The position numbers and the translations under genes were made by a program. Positions 37,033 to 56,305 of a stretch of DNA of 64,000 nucleotides are shown here, piece after piece. The stretch lies in the NCBI GenBank assembly GCA_965216915.1, contig CBDCGS010000011.1:269925-333924 (forward strand), given 5' to 3'. Numbering within the stretch: position 1 is the stretch's first letter; each line of letters opens with the position of its first letter. Source of the stretch: Alphaproteobacteria bacterium. Lineage in GTDB: Bacteria > Pseudomonadota > Alphaproteobacteria > UBA828. The notes beneath the pieces were generated by a model. That model made no database searches. It was not told the origin of the DNA and saw only the letters and a list, made by a program, of their open reading frames with translations.

Positions 37033-38475
37033 CTATTGGAGCTGCGGTGAGTGCAGAACCATCATCTTTTCGGTCTGCATCTCCTCCATCGTGTGATGGA
37101 TCCCGCCAACGCCGTGGCCGGAATGCTTGAGGCCCGCAAACGGCATCCAATCGACCCGGAATGCCGTGTGGTCATTGACCATCACCGCTGAGCCGTCGAG
37201 CCGGCGATAGCAGCGGAGCGCCGTCTCCATGTCCTGCGTGAAAACGGCGGACTGGAACGCGACGTCCAAGCTGTTTGCCTGCTCGAGCGCCGCGTCGATG
37301 TCATCGAAAGGATAGACGCAGACCACCGGGCCGAACACCTCGTTCTGGCTAATCGTCGCATCCGCCGGCGGATTGACGAGCACCGTGGGCTTGTAGCAGG
37401 TCTCGGATTGGCGCTCTCCGCCGCAGATGACCGTGGCGCCGCCATCGCGCGCCTCGTCGACCCATTTTTCGACGCGGTCGACCTCGCGGGGCAGGATCAG
37501 CGGCCCGACGTCGGTCTTCGCGTCGGTCGGATCACCGACCACCATCTTGCCGCAGAGCGTCGCCAAACCGTTCGCGAGATCGTCGGCGAGCGACGAATGG
37601 GCGAAGATTCGCTGCACCGACACGCACACCTGGCCGGCGTGATAGAAGCCACCCTTGGCCAGCAGCGGCAACGCCCGCTCGAGGTCCGCGTCCTCCGCGA
37701 CGATCACGGGCGCGACACCGCCATGCTCCAACGCGCAGCGCGCGCCCGGCGCGAGCGCGGAGCGCAGCATCCAACCCACCCGCGCGCTGCCGATAAAGCT
37801 GAAGAACGCCACCCGCGCATCGGTCACGAGCGACTGCGAGACATCGCGTCCGGAGGTCACGGTGGGCTGGCACCAGACATCGGGCAGGCCCGCCTCGCGC
37901 AAGATCTGCACAAAGCGCAGGCATGAGAGCGGCGTCGCCTCGGCCGGCTTGACGATCACCGGGCAGCCGGCGGCGACGGCGGGCCCGACCTGGTGCACGA
38001 TCAGGTTGAGCGGATGGTTGAACGCGCTCACCGCGACCACCACACCGATCGGCTCCTTGGTGGTGAACGCCAGCCGGTTCATCGACGAGCGGCTGATCCC
38101 CATCGGAATCTCGACGCCGTGCTGCGTGCGCAGCGCTTCAACGCAGAGCTTCACGCCATCGATGGCGCGGGCCACCTCGTGCTGCGAATCGACGAGCGGC
38201 TTGCCGCCCTCGCGCGCCGCCTCGACCGCGAGGTAGTCGGCGCGGTCGCCCATGATTTCGATGGCGCGCTCGAGAATGTCGACGCGCCGCCAGGCGGGGA
38301 GCCAGCTGTCGCGGTCGCGATACAACCCGTGCGCGGTGTCCAGGGCGCGATCGACCGCAGATTGGTCGGCGGCCGCGACGGTGCCGATCGGTGAGAGATC
38401 ATATGGCGCCACGACCTTGACATCAGGCGCGCTCGACGACGCACCAGGCACCATCAACGGATAGTTCTCGGCCAT
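37033..38475 (-). CDS. Aldehyde dehydrogenase
   Basis: AFNHPLNL, KPAEATPLS, FIGSARVG, LEHGG (variant of LELGG), GQVCVS, EVFGP, PFAGLKHSG. Confidence 0.93.
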   Translation of the reverse strand: MAENYPLMVPGASSSAPDVKVVAPYDLSPIGTVAAADQSAVDRALDTAHGLYRDRDSWLPAWRRVDILERAIEIMGDRADYLAVEAAREGGKPLVDSQHEVARAIDGVKLCVEALRTQHGVEIPMGISRSSMNRLAFTTKEPIGVVVAVSAFNHPLNLIVHQVGPAVAAGCPVIVKPAEATPLSCLRFVQILREAGLPDVWCQPTVTSGRDVSQSLVTDARVAFFSFIGSARVGWMLRSALAPGARCALEHGGVAPVIVAEDADLERALPLLAKGGFYHAGQVCVSVQRIFAHSSLADDLANGLATLCGKMVVGDPTDAKTDVGPLILPREVDRVEKWVDEARDGGATVICGGERQSETCYKPTVLVNPPADATISQNEVFGPVVCVYPFDDIDAALEQANSLDVAFQSAVFTQDMETALRCYRRLDGSAVMVNDHTAFRVDWMPFAGLKHSGHGVGGIHHTMEEMQTEKMMVLHSPQLQ

Positions 38476-38566
38476 GCCCCCGTTCCCCCCTATCCAACGC
38501 GAATCGCGGCGAGCCTACTCGGCCCCGTGAGTCCGAACAAGGGCGGCGCCGGGGAACCGACGCCGC

Positions 38567-39040
38567 TTATTTGAAGCGGAGTCCGAGCACTTCGTAGGAA
38601 TGCCGACCGCCCGGGGTTTCGATCTCGACCGAATCGCCGACCACTTTGCCGACCAGCGCCTGGGCGAGCGGTGAGGTGATGGAGAGCCTGCCTTCGTTCA
38701 CGTCGGCCTCATCGGCGCCGACGATTTGGTAGGTGCTCTCGTTCTCCGTGTCTTCGTCGACGACGGTCACGATCGCGCCAAACTGCACGCGATCGCCCGA
38801 AAGCGTGGAGATGTCGATCACCTGGGCCCGGCCGACTTTCGCTTCGAGCTCCTGGATCCGCGCCTCGATCATCCCCTGGCGATCCTTGGCCGCGTGATAT
38901 TCGGCGTTTTCCGACAGGTCGCCATGCTCACGGGCGGTGGCGATTTCCTGGATGATCCGGGGCCGCTCGGTCGTCTTGAGCTGGATCAGCTCTTCCTTGA
39001 GCCGCGCGAGGCCCTGCGGAGTCATGAGATGCTTTTCCAT
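38567..39040 (-). CDS. greA: Transcription elongation factor GreA
   Basis: AREHGDLSENAEYHAAK, SITSPLAQAL. Confidence 0.97.
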   Translation of the reverse strand: MEKHLMTPQGLARLKEELIQLKTTERPRIIQEIATAREHGDLSENAEYHAAKDRQGMIEARIQELEAKVGRAQVIDISTLSGDRVQFGAIVTVVDEDTENESTYQIVGADEADVNEGRLSITSPLAQALVGKVVGDSVEIETPGGRHSYEVLGLRFK

Positions 39041-39074
39041 CGCGTTGGCCTTTCAAACGCCACGCAACGCAACC

Positions 39075-39107
39075 AAAAAAGCTCGGGGCCTCACCGCTCC
39101 CCGAGCT
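39075..39107 (-). terminator. Intrinsic terminator between carB and greA
   Basis: Minus strand AGCTCGGGG-AGCGGTGAGG-CCCCGAGCT-TTTTT: 9-bp stem plus U-tract. Confidence 0.8.
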
Positions 39108-39130
39108 GATCCGAGTGTCACGTATGTGGG

Positions 39131-42383
<3,253 letters not shown>

Positions 42384-42391
<8 letters not shown>

Positions 42392-43559
42392 GCGGCACCG
42401 GCGCGTTGCGCCCCATGAGCGCGGTGAACCGCGCGAAGAGGTGCTGCGCGTCCTGCGGGCCGGGGGACGCCTCGGGGTGATATTGCACCGAGAAAATCGG
42501 CCGGTCCGCGACCTCGAGACCCTCGAGCGTGTTGTCGAAAAGCGAGACATGCGTCGGCCGAACGCCGGCCGGAAGCGATTCGGCGATCACCTCGAAGCCG
42601 TGGTTCTGGCTCGTGATCTCGACGCGTCCGGTGGCAAGCTCCTTCACCGGGTGGTTCGCGCCGCGGTGGCCGAAGGGCATCTTCTTCGTGGTCGCGCCGA
42701 GCGCGAGCGCGAGCAGCTGATGGCCGAGACAAATGCCGAAGATCGGGAGCTCGCTCTCGATCAAACGCCGGACGGTCGGGACGGCGTAGGCAGCCGTCGC
42801 GGCCGGATCGCCAGGGCCGTTCGACAGGAACACGCCGTCCGGCGCGTGGCTTAGGATGTCGTCGGCGCTGGCGCTCGCCGGCACCACGGTCACCGCGCAG
42901 CCGGCCGAGGCCAACGAGCGCAAGATGTTGCGCTTCGCGCCGTAGTCGATCGCCACCACTTTATGGCGCGGTCGGCTCATGAGGCCGTAGCCCACCCCGG
43001 GCCGCCAGGCCGTTTCGTCCCACTGATACGCCGTTTGGCACGAGACCTCGCAGGCGAGATCCATGCCTTCGAGACCCGGCCAGCGCGCCGCGAGCGCAAC
43101 AAGCTCCTCCTGGGGCATCGGCTCGTCGGGCGCGTGGCAGAGGGTGCCGTGCGCCGCCCCTTGCGAGCGCAGCCGCCGGGTCAAGCGCCGGGTGTCGACA
43201 CCCGCGATGCCGACCAGGTTGCGCCGCGCGAGCCAGTCGCTGAGCGGCTGCAGCGCACGCCAGTTGGAGGGGACCGTGATGTCGGTGCGAAGCACGAGCC
43301 CGAGTGCGGCCGGGTTGGTCGCCTCATGATCGTCATCATTCGCTCCCACATTGCCGATATGTGGGAACGTGAAGGTGATGATTTGTCCGGCGTAGGACGG
43401 ATCCGTCAGAATCTCCTGATAGCCGGTCATCGACGTGTTGAAGCAAACCTCGCCGGTGACGACACCGTGCGCGCCGATACCACGGCCCACATACACCGTC
43501 CCATCGGCGAGTGCGAGCATCGCAGGCGCCGGGCCTGTCGCCGTTTCTTTCCGGGGCAT
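42384..43559 (-). CDS. carA: Carbamoyl-phosphate synthase small subunit
   Basis: [52 protein letters not shown]. Confidence 0.98.
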
Positions 43560-43772
43560 GGTCAGCTTCCAGGCCCGGGCGTTTTGTTCGCGACCGGGCC
43601 ATTCCATCTCTCGTGCGCGCGCAGTTTATCCGGGGCTCTTGCGCCGTCAAGCGACCACCACAATGCTAACCCGCCACACCGCAACGATATATGTGTCAAG
43701 CGCGTTTCCGCGGTTGATCACCGGCGGCGCGGCGCTATAGTCCCGGCTCCGCGGAAATGCTGGAGGCATTGC

Positions 43773-44228
43773 ATGTTGCGGACCGAGCTGAACGACGCGC
43801 TCAAGGTTGCTTTGAAGGGGCGAGATGAGCGCGCCGTTGCGACGATTCGTTTGATCCTCGCCGCGCTCAAAGATCGAGACATCGCCGAGCGCACCAAAGG
43901 CAACTCTGTCTGCCTAAGCGACGACGAGATCCTCACGCTGCTTCAAACCATGATCCGGCAGCGGCGCGAGAGCATCGCGCTTTACGAGCGCGGCGGGCGC
44001 GTCGACCTCGCCGAGCGCGAAGCGCAGGAGATCGAGGTGATCGAGCGCTTTTTGCCGCCGCCCATCGAGGGCGACGATCTGATCTCGGCGGTGCGCACGG
44101 TGATTCGCGAACTCGACGCGCAGACGATCAAGGACATGGGACGCACCATGGCCTGCCTCAAGAAAAATTACGCGGGACGGATGGACTTCGCGAAGGCGAG
44201 CGGCGTCGTCAAGGAGCTGCTCGCCTAG
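43773..44228 (+). CDS. GatB/YqeY domain protein
   Basis: TIRLILAALKDRDI...MIRQRRESI..YERGGR.DLAERE..EI...KDMG; the usual position upstream of dnaG. Confidence 0.92.
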   Translation: MLRTELNDALKVALKGRDERAVATIRLILAALKDRDIAERTKGNSVCLSDDEILTLLQTMIRQRRESIALYERGGRVDLAEREAQEIEVIERFLPPPIEGDDLISAVRTVIRELDAQTIKDMGRTMACLKKNYAGRMDFAKASGVVKELLA

Positions 44229-44300
44229 CGCGACAAGCGCGCGCCTGAGCGTGCGCCTGGGACCTTGAGAGGCGCGGGCCGCGGGCCCCGCATGCGATGG

Positions 44301-46172
44301 ATGGCGTTTCCACCGCACTTCCTCGATGAAATCCGCGCGCGCGTGCCGCTCGAGGACGTGATCGGCAAGCGTGTGCGTCTTGCGCGCCGCGGCCGTGAGC
44401 TGATCGGGCTGTGCCCGTTCCACAATGAGAAGACGCCGTCTTTCACTGTGAGCCCGGAGAAGGCGTTCTACCACTGCTTCGGCTGTGGCGCGCATGGCGA
44501 TGTGATCGGGTTCGTCATGCGCGATGAGGGGCTCGGCTTCCCAGAGGCCGTCGAGCGGCTCGCCGGACAGGCGGGCATTCCGGTGCCCCGCGAATCGCCC
44601 GAGGCGCAGGCCCGCAACCGCGAGCGGCGCTCGCTCTTCGAGGTGACCGAGGCGGCCTGCGTGTGGTTTCAACGGCGCTTGGGTGCGCCCGAAGGTGCGG
44701 CCGCGCGCCGCTACCTCGAGGGGCGGGGCGTCACACCCGACATGGTCGAGGCCTTTCGCCTTGGCTTCGCACCGGCGCGCCGAGACGGGCTGAAGGGCGC
44801 CCTCGCGCAGCAGGGCATCGCCGAGACGCTGCAGCTTGCGGCGGGCCTGCTCGTGGAGCCGGAGGGTCAGGGCGCGCCATACGACCGCTTCCGCGGGCGC
44901 ATCATGTTCCCGATCGGCGATCGCCGGGGCCGCGTGATCGGGTTTGGCGGGCGGGCGATGGGCGATGCGCAGCCCAAATATCTCAACTCGCCAGAAACCT
45001 CGCTGTTTCACAAAAGCATCGTCCTCTACGGCGTGGCGCACGCGGCGCCGGCCGTGCGCAAGGGCGCGCGGCTCGTCGCGGTCGAGGGCTATATGGATGT
45101 GATCGCGCTCCACCAGGCAGGAATCACGGGCGCCGTCGCACCGCTCGGCACGGCCCTCACCGAGGGCCAGCTCGAAGAGATGTGGCGCCTCGCGGACGAG
45201 CCGGTCCTCTGCTTCGACGGCGACGCGGCCGGCGCGCGGGCCGCGGGCCGGGCAGCCGAGCGCGCGCTGCCGGGCCTCCGGGCCGGGCGGGGCCTGCGCT
45301 TTGCGCGCCTGCCCGACGGACACGACCCCGACACGCTCGTGCGCGCCGGCGGCGCGGCGGCGATGGCAGCCCTTATCGAGGACGCCATCCCCCTTTCGAT
45401 GCAACTGTGGGACATGGCAACCGGCGGGCGGGTGCCGACCGAGCCGGAGGCACGGGCCCGGGTCAGCCATTGGATCGGCGAGCGCGTGGCGCGCATCCCC
45501 GATCGCGACCTCCGGTTCTACTACACCAACTTCGTGCGCGACCGGCTGCGCGCGCCATTCGGCGGTGCGGCAAGGCGCGATGCGGCGCGCGGCGAGCGCG
45601 CGCATGCCGAACCCGCGCAAGGCCTCGGCCGGCATGCGGGCCGCGCCAGCGAGGACCCCGAGCGGCGGGAGCGGGCGCTGCTGCAAACCCTGCTCAATTT
45701 TCCGGAACTGATCCAACCCGAGCGCGAGGCCCTTGGCACCATGCGGCTCGTGACGGCGCCCTATCGGGCGCTGATGGAAGCATTGATGAAGTGGGCGGAC
45801 GGCCGCTCCGCCGCGGCGCCCGCCGATATCTCACCGGATGCGTACGATGCGCTCCACGCGTGGCTCGCCGAACACGGGTTCGGCCCGCGGGTGGCGCAGC
45901 TCCTGGCCGCCCCCAGCCTCGAATGGGCGAGCCGGCGCACACGCGCGAGCCTCGGGGATGCGCGGCTCCAGCTGCGGCAAGCCCTGCAGCTGCACCACCA
46001 ATCCCGGCTCCTGGCGGCCCGCGAGGAAGCGGTCTCGGCGCTCGCCGAAGAGATGAGCGAAGCCAATTGGGAGCGCCTTCAGCAGGCCATGGAGGCCGCC
46101 CGGGAGGCCGGGCATGTCGAGGCCGACGTACCAGGCTTCGGCGCACCGAACATCCTGCCCGACCGGCGTTGA
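44301..46172 (+). CDS. dnaG: DNA primase
   Basis: CPFHNEKTPSF, YHCFGC zinc finger, YDRFRGRIMFPI, KYLNSPET, EGYMDVI, FDGDAAG, DPD. Confidence 0.97.
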   Translation: MAFPPHFLDEIRARVPLEDVIGKRVRLARRGRELIGLCPFHNEKTPSFTVSPEKAFYHCFGCGAHGDVIGFVMRDEGLGFPEAVERLAGQAGIPVPRESPEAQARNRERRSLFEVTEAACVWFQRRLGAPEGAAARRYLEGRGVTPDMVEAFRLGFAPARRDGLKGALAQQGIAETLQLAAGLLVEPEGQGAPYDRFRGRIMFPIGDRRGRVIGFGGRAMGDAQPKYLNSPETSLFHKSIVLYGVAHAAPAVRKGARLVAVEGYMDVIALHQAGITGAVAPLGTALTEGQLEEMWRLADEPVLCFDGDAAGARAAGRAAERALPGLRAGRGLRFARLPDGHDPDTLVRAGGAAAMAALIEDAIPLSMQLWDMATGGRVPTEPEARARVSHWIGERVARIPDRDLRFYYTNFVRDRLRAPFGGAARRDAARGERAHAEPAQGLGRHAGRASEDPERRERALLQTLLNFPELIQPEREALGTMRLVTAPYRALMEALMKWADGRSAAAPADISPDAYDALHAWLAEHGFGPRVAQLLAAPSLEWASRRTRASLGDARLQLRQALQLHHQSRLLAAREEAVSALAEEMSEANWERLQQAMEAAREAGHVEADVPGFGAPNILPDRR

Positions 46173-46187
46173 GCCGGTGTCCGCCGC

Positions 46188-46261
46188 TTGACACGTCCTA
46201 AGCGTGCGTTTAGAGATTTTTAGGGGTTTGGGCTTGAATTGAGCGCTTGCGGCGCCAATTC
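46188..46261 (+). promoter_or_regulatory. Candidate rpoD promoters (sigma70-like TTGACA; sigma32-like CTTGAA-N16-CCAATT)
   Basis: AT-rich intergenic stretch with TTGACA at 46188 and CTTGAA at 46233. Confidence 0.4.
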
Positions 46262-46412
46262 ACGTTCCTAGCATATAGGCGTGAGTGTGTTTCCAAGGCC
46301 CCGCGGCCGGGGCATGTCGTTGCGCGGCCGGGAGAGCCCGGAAACCGATGGTTCCTCGTGTGACCACGCGTCTACACGGCTGGGCCGTGTAGAGTGGGAG
46401 GATTCGATTCGA

Positions 46413-48488
<2,076 letters not shown>

Positions 48489-48516
48489 CGCCACCCGTCC
48501 GCGCAGGACCGCGCGC

Positions 48517-49266
48517 GTGGCCGGCCCGGCGCGCGAGCCGCTCATCGACCGTTTACGCGATCCGGGCAAACGCGGCGCGCTTCTCATCGGCATGCGCGAT
48601 GCGGCCGGCATTCCAACGGTGGCCGTGGTCGCCAGCATGGTCGGCTTCGGCTCGCTCTGCCGCGCGGCGGATCTCTCGATCGGCTTCGCCATCGCGACGA
48701 GCGGCGGCATGTGGGCGTTGCCGGGCCAAATCGCCTATGTCGAGCTCGCGGCAGGCGGCCACGCGCTGATCGCCGTGCTGCTCGCGGTGGCCATGGCGAA
48801 TGCGCGCTTTCTCCCGATGACAGCGGTGCTGATGCCCTACATGCGCCAGGGCATGACGCGCACGGGGTGGCTCTACCCGCTCTCTCAGCTGGTGAGCTTC
48901 AACGCCTGGATCTGGATGGTGCGCCGCTTTCCGGCAATGCCGCCGGCGCATCGCCTCTACTACTATTTCGGTTTCACCGGCGTGCTGTTCCCGATGGGCA
49001 TGGTGGGCACCGCGCTTGGCTATGCCGTTGCGGGTGAGGTGCCCCACGGCGTCGCGCTCGGGCTGGTCTACGTCAACATCGTCTACTTCGCGCTGATCTT
49101 CGCCGATGTGCGGGACCTCGCGGCAGTGGCCTCGGTGCTCGCGGGCGCGATCGGCGCGCCGTTCTTCCACTTGGTCGCCAGCGATTGGGGCCTTTTGATC
49201 ACCGGCGTCGTGTGCGGCAGCGTCGGCTTCGCCGTCTCACGCGCGTGGAGCGTCAAGCGTGAGTGA
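48517..49266 (+). CDS. AzlC-family membrane protein
   Basis: Hydrophobic; WALPGQIA...MANARFLPM motif; paired with AzlD. Confidence 0.8.
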   Translation: MAGPAREPLIDRLRDPGKRGALLIGMRDAAGIPTVAVVASMVGFGSLCRAADLSIGFAIATSGGMWALPGQIAYVELAAGGHALIAVLLAVAMANARFLPMTAVLMPYMRQGMTRTGWLYPLSQLVSFNAWIWMVRRFPAMPPAHRLYYYFGFTGVLFPMGMVGTALGYAVAGEVPHGVALGLVYVNIVYFALIFADVRDLAAVASVLAGAIGAPFFHLVASDWGLLITGVVCGSVGFAVSRAWSVKRE

Positions 49267-49591
49267 GACACTGCTCTGGCTCGGCCTGGTGCCGGCGATC
49301 GCGATTAGCTTGGGCTGGCGCGTGCTCGGCGTCGCGCTGTCCGGGCGGGTCAATGTCGACGGGCCCGTCTTCGCCTGGATCCGCTGCGTCGCCTTCGCGC
49401 TGCTCGCCGGCTTGATCGCGCGCATGATGATCTTTCCGGAGGCGGTCCTGGACGAAGTGCCACTGACCCACCGGATCGGGCCGCTCGCATTCGGCCTTGC
49501 GGTGTTCTTCCTCACGCGCCGCAGCTTGCTGGCCGGGCTTGCTGCGGGCGTCGGCCTCTTCATGGTGTTGGCGAGCTTCTTCGCCACGTGA
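49259..49591 (+). CDS. AzlD-family membrane protein
   Basis: Small TM protein (WRVLGV...WIRCVAFALLAGLIARMMIFP) overlapping the AzlC-like gene. Confidence 0.75.
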   Translation: MSETLLWLGLVPAIAISLGWRVLGVALSGRVNVDGPVFAWIRCVAFALLAGLIARMMIFPEAVLDEVPLTHRIGPLAFGLAVFFLTRRSLLAGLAAGVGLFMVLASFFAT

Positions 49592-49604
49592 TCCGGGAAG
49601 CGCC

Positions 49605-53374
<3,770 letters not shown>

Positions 53375-53383
53375 CGGGTGGAA

Positions 53384-54220
53384 TCAGAACACCGCGCTGA
53401 ACATGCGGCTGATCCAGGAGCCGCGGTCTTCCTCTGGCGCGAGATCGACCTCCTCAAGCAGCGCATAGGAGCGGATATACCAGTCGCTTCCGGGGAAGTT
53501 GTAGCCGAGCACGGCACCGGCGGTTTGCGCCTCCTGGGGCACGCCAAGCGCGAGGTAGACCTCGGTGAGGCGATGCAGTGCCTCGGGCACGTGGCTCGTC
53601 GTCTGGTAGCGCTCGATCACGCGGCGAAAGCGCGTGAGCGCGGCGACATACTGGTCACGCTCCAAGTAGTAGCGCCCGATGCTCATCTCCTTGCCCGCCA
53701 GATGGTCGCGGGCAAGGTCGATCTTGAGGCTCGCGTCGCGCGCATATTTCGTGTCCGGGAACCGGCGCACCACCTCGTCGAGCGATTGCAAGGCGAGCTC
53801 GGTCATGCGCTGGTCGCGGCCGACATCCGAAATCTGCTCGTAATAGGACATCGCGATCAGATAGTAGGCATAGGCGACATCCCGGTGACCGGGATGAAGC
53901 TCGACGAAGCGCTGGCCGGCCAAAATGGCGTCGTCATACGAATCGGCTTGGTAGTAGGCGAAGGTCGCCATGATCTGCGCGCGGGTCGCCCAGAGCGAAT
54001 AGGGGTGCTGGCGCTCGACCTCGTCGAACGCTTGGGCGGCGAGGAGATATTGCTCGTCGAGCAGCAGGTCCATGGCGTTGTTGTAGAGGCTCTCGACGGG
54101 CTGCTCGACGTAAACCGGCTCCTCGTCGCCGGCGCAGGCGGCGAGGATGACGGCGAGCGCCGCGAGCGCGGACAGCGCAATCCCGCGCGGCGCCCTCAAC
54201 CATGTCCGGCCGGTGATCAT
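53384..54220 (-). CDS. bamD: Outer membrane protein assembly lipoprotein BamD
   Basis: Lipobox LAAC, VERQHPYS, RDQ, HLAGKEM.IGRYY, PEALHRLTE.Y. Confidence 0.95.
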   Translation of the reverse strand: MITGRTWLRAPRGIALSALAALAVILAACAGDEEPVYVEQPVESLYNNAMDLLLDEQYLLAAQAFDEVERQHPYSLWATRAQIMATFAYYQADSYDDAILAGQRFVELHPGHRDVAYAYYLIAMSYYEQISDVGRDQRMTELALQSLDEVVRRFPDTKYARDASLKIDLARDHLAGKEMSIGRYYLERDQYVAALTRFRRVIERYQTTSHVPEALHRLTEVYLALGVPQEAQTAGAVLGYNFPGSDWYIRSYALLEEVDLAPEEDRGSWISRMFSAVF

Positions 54221-54262
54221 GGCGCGATTATAGGCGGGCGCCGGGCACAGATCGAGGGCCGC

Positions 54263-56305
54263 TCAGAGCTTGCGCGCCTGGCGGTGCCCCTCGTAGACGG
54301 CCTCGTAGGTGCCGCGCGGCGCGACGGCATCACCGATCACCTCGACGCTCACGCCACGCTCCCTGAGCGGCTGATGAAGCGTCGCCTCGGAGCGCCGCCC
54401 CGTTGCCATCACGATCCAATCCGCGGGAAGCTTGATCTCGTCCTTCTCGTGATGAACGTTGTAGAGCCGCACATGGTCGGCCTCGATGCGCCGGACGAAA
54501 CGGTCGCACATCAAGACGACCCCTTTCTCGTAGAGCTTCGGCAAGATCCAATCGAGATAGACGTCGAGGATCGTCTCCATGCCGACCATGGGCCAGCGAG
54601 TCACCAGGGTGACCGACTCCGCCCCACTGTCGACGAGGGCCACCGCCGTCAGCGGCGCCACCACGTCGCACATGTCGTCGAGCACGACCGCGTGGCCCGG
54701 AAACGAAGCGCCGGCCGCGCGCTGCCGCGCCGTGACCACCTCATCCCAACCGATGCAATTGCCGCTCTCCCAGCCGGGCAGCGGCTCGGCCGTCCAGCCC
54801 TGGAAGCCGTCGACGCAGGCGCGCGAGCCCGTCGCGACCACCACGTGATCGGGCGCTTCGGCTTGCAGGAGCGCGTCCAGGCCCTCGACTGTGACCGGCA
54901 CATCCGTGCGGATGTCGGCGCCGCTCTTGCGCGCCTGATCGGTGAGCCATCGGCCGATTTCGCCATACTCCGACCGGCTCGGCAGGAGCGATTGAAGCCG
55001 CACATGGCCGCCGGTCTCGGATTCGCCCTCGAGCAGGGTGACCGCATGGCCACGCGCCGCAGCAACGCGGGCGAACTCCAGGCCGGCCGGCCCACCGCCG
55101 ATGACAAGCGCCTTCTTCGGCGTTGCCGCCGGGGTGAGCGTGCCTTCACCCCACGCGGCCTCGCGCCCGATCGTTGGGTTGTAGACGCATTGAACGCGGC
55201 CACCGCGGCTCACGCTCTTCCAGCAGAAGTTCGCGGCGACGCAGGTGCGAATGTCCTCGGTTTTGCCGTCTTCCGCCTTTTTGGCCCAATAGGGGTCCGT
55301 GAACAGCTGCCGGGCGAGGCAGATCGCATCGGCATCGCCGGCTTCCAGCAGGGCCTCGGCAACATCGGGCGTGGTGATCCGGCCGACCGCGAGCACCGGC
55401 TTGGACGAGACAGCGCGGATGCGCCGCGCATAGCCGCGCTCCCAGCCGCCCTCGAACTCCATGGGCGTGTGGATGAACGCGTGATGGACCCCCGCTGACA
55501 CGTCCACATAGTCGATATCGGCGCGCGCCTCGATGTCCGGGACGATCCGCTCGATCTCCTCGATCTCGAGGTCACCCGGCCAGAACGAGGTCGAGTTGAT
55601 GCGATAGCCGACGAAGGGTCCATCGCCGACGGCTGCGCGAATCGCGTCGAGCACGGCAACCGGAAAGTTCAGGCGCCTTTCGTAGGAGCCGCCCCAATGA
55701 TCGGTGCGCTTATTGTAGAGCGGCGACAAAAACTGCCACGGCAGATAGCCGTGGCTCAGGTGAAGCTCGACCCCGTCGAGGCCGGCCGCGATCGCACGTC
55801 TCGCCGCCGCGGCATAAGCCTCGATCAGCTCCGCGATCTCGTCCTCGTCGAGCTCCTTCGGCGTCGAGGCACCGGGAAACTCGCCGAGCGGCACCTGGCT
55901 CGGCGAGACCGTGTACCAGGTCGCGTCCGGGTCGAAGCCCGGCGCCTGCTTGTAGGTGGGGAAGCCGCGCACACCGGAGTGCCACAGCTGGATCGCGAGC
56001 TTGCACCCGTGGGCGTGGACCGCGTCGGCGATCTTCGAGAGAGGCTCGATCTGCCGGTCGTCGAACAGCTGCGGCATGAGCAGCGGCGCCATGATCGAGC
56101 TTTCATGCACATGGGTGCCGCCGATGATAATGAGGCCTAGCCCGCCCTTGGCGCGCTCCTCGTAGTAGGCCGTCGCCATGTCGGTAAACAGGCCATTCCA
56201 AGGATCCGAGACCCAGCTCGGACAGGTCGGCGGAAACACGACGCGGTTCTTGATCGTCGTGTTTCGGATGGTCCAGTTGGAAAAGAGTCGTGGGTAGCGC
56301 GACAT
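54263..56305 (-). CDS. Old-yellow-enzyme / TMADH-like flavoprotein (FMN barrel, Fe-S motif, FAD/ADP domain)
   Basis: KNRVV, YYEERAKGG, AGLDGVELH..HGYL..QFLSPLYNKRTD, GGGPAGLE, GDAVAPR. Confidence 0.92.
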   Translation of the reverse strand: MSRYPRLFSNWTIRNTTIKNRVVFPPTCPSWVSDPWNGLFTDMATAYYEERAKGGLGLIIIGGTHVHESSIMAPLLMPQLFDDRQIEPLSKIADAVHAHGCKLAIQLWHSGVRGFPTYKQAPGFDPDATWYTVSPSQVPLGEFPGASTPKELDEDEIAELIEAYAAAARRAIAAGLDGVELHLSHGYLPWQFLSPLYNKRTDHWGGSYERRLNFPVAVLDAIRAAVGDGPFVGYRINSTSFWPGDLEIEEIERIVPDIEARADIDYVDVSAGVHHAFIHTPMEFEGGWERGYARRIRAVSSKPVLAVGRITTPDVAEALLEAGDADAICLARQLFTDPYWAKKAEDGKTEDIRTCVAANFCWKSVSRGGRVQCVYNPTIGREAAWGEGTLTPAATPKKALVIGGGPAGLEFARVAAARGHAVTLLEGESETGGHVRLQSLLPSRSEYGEIGRWLTDQARKSGADIRTDVPVTVEGLDALLQAEAPDHVVVATGSRACVDGFQGWTAEPLPGWESGNCIGWDEVVTARQRAAGASFPGHAVVLDDMCDVVAPLTAVALVDSGAESVTLVTRWPMVGMETILDVYLDWILPKLYEKGVVLMCDRFVRRIEADHVRLYNVHHEKDEIKLPADWIVMATGRRSEATLHQPLRERGVSVEVIGDAVAPRGTYEAVYEGHRQARKL

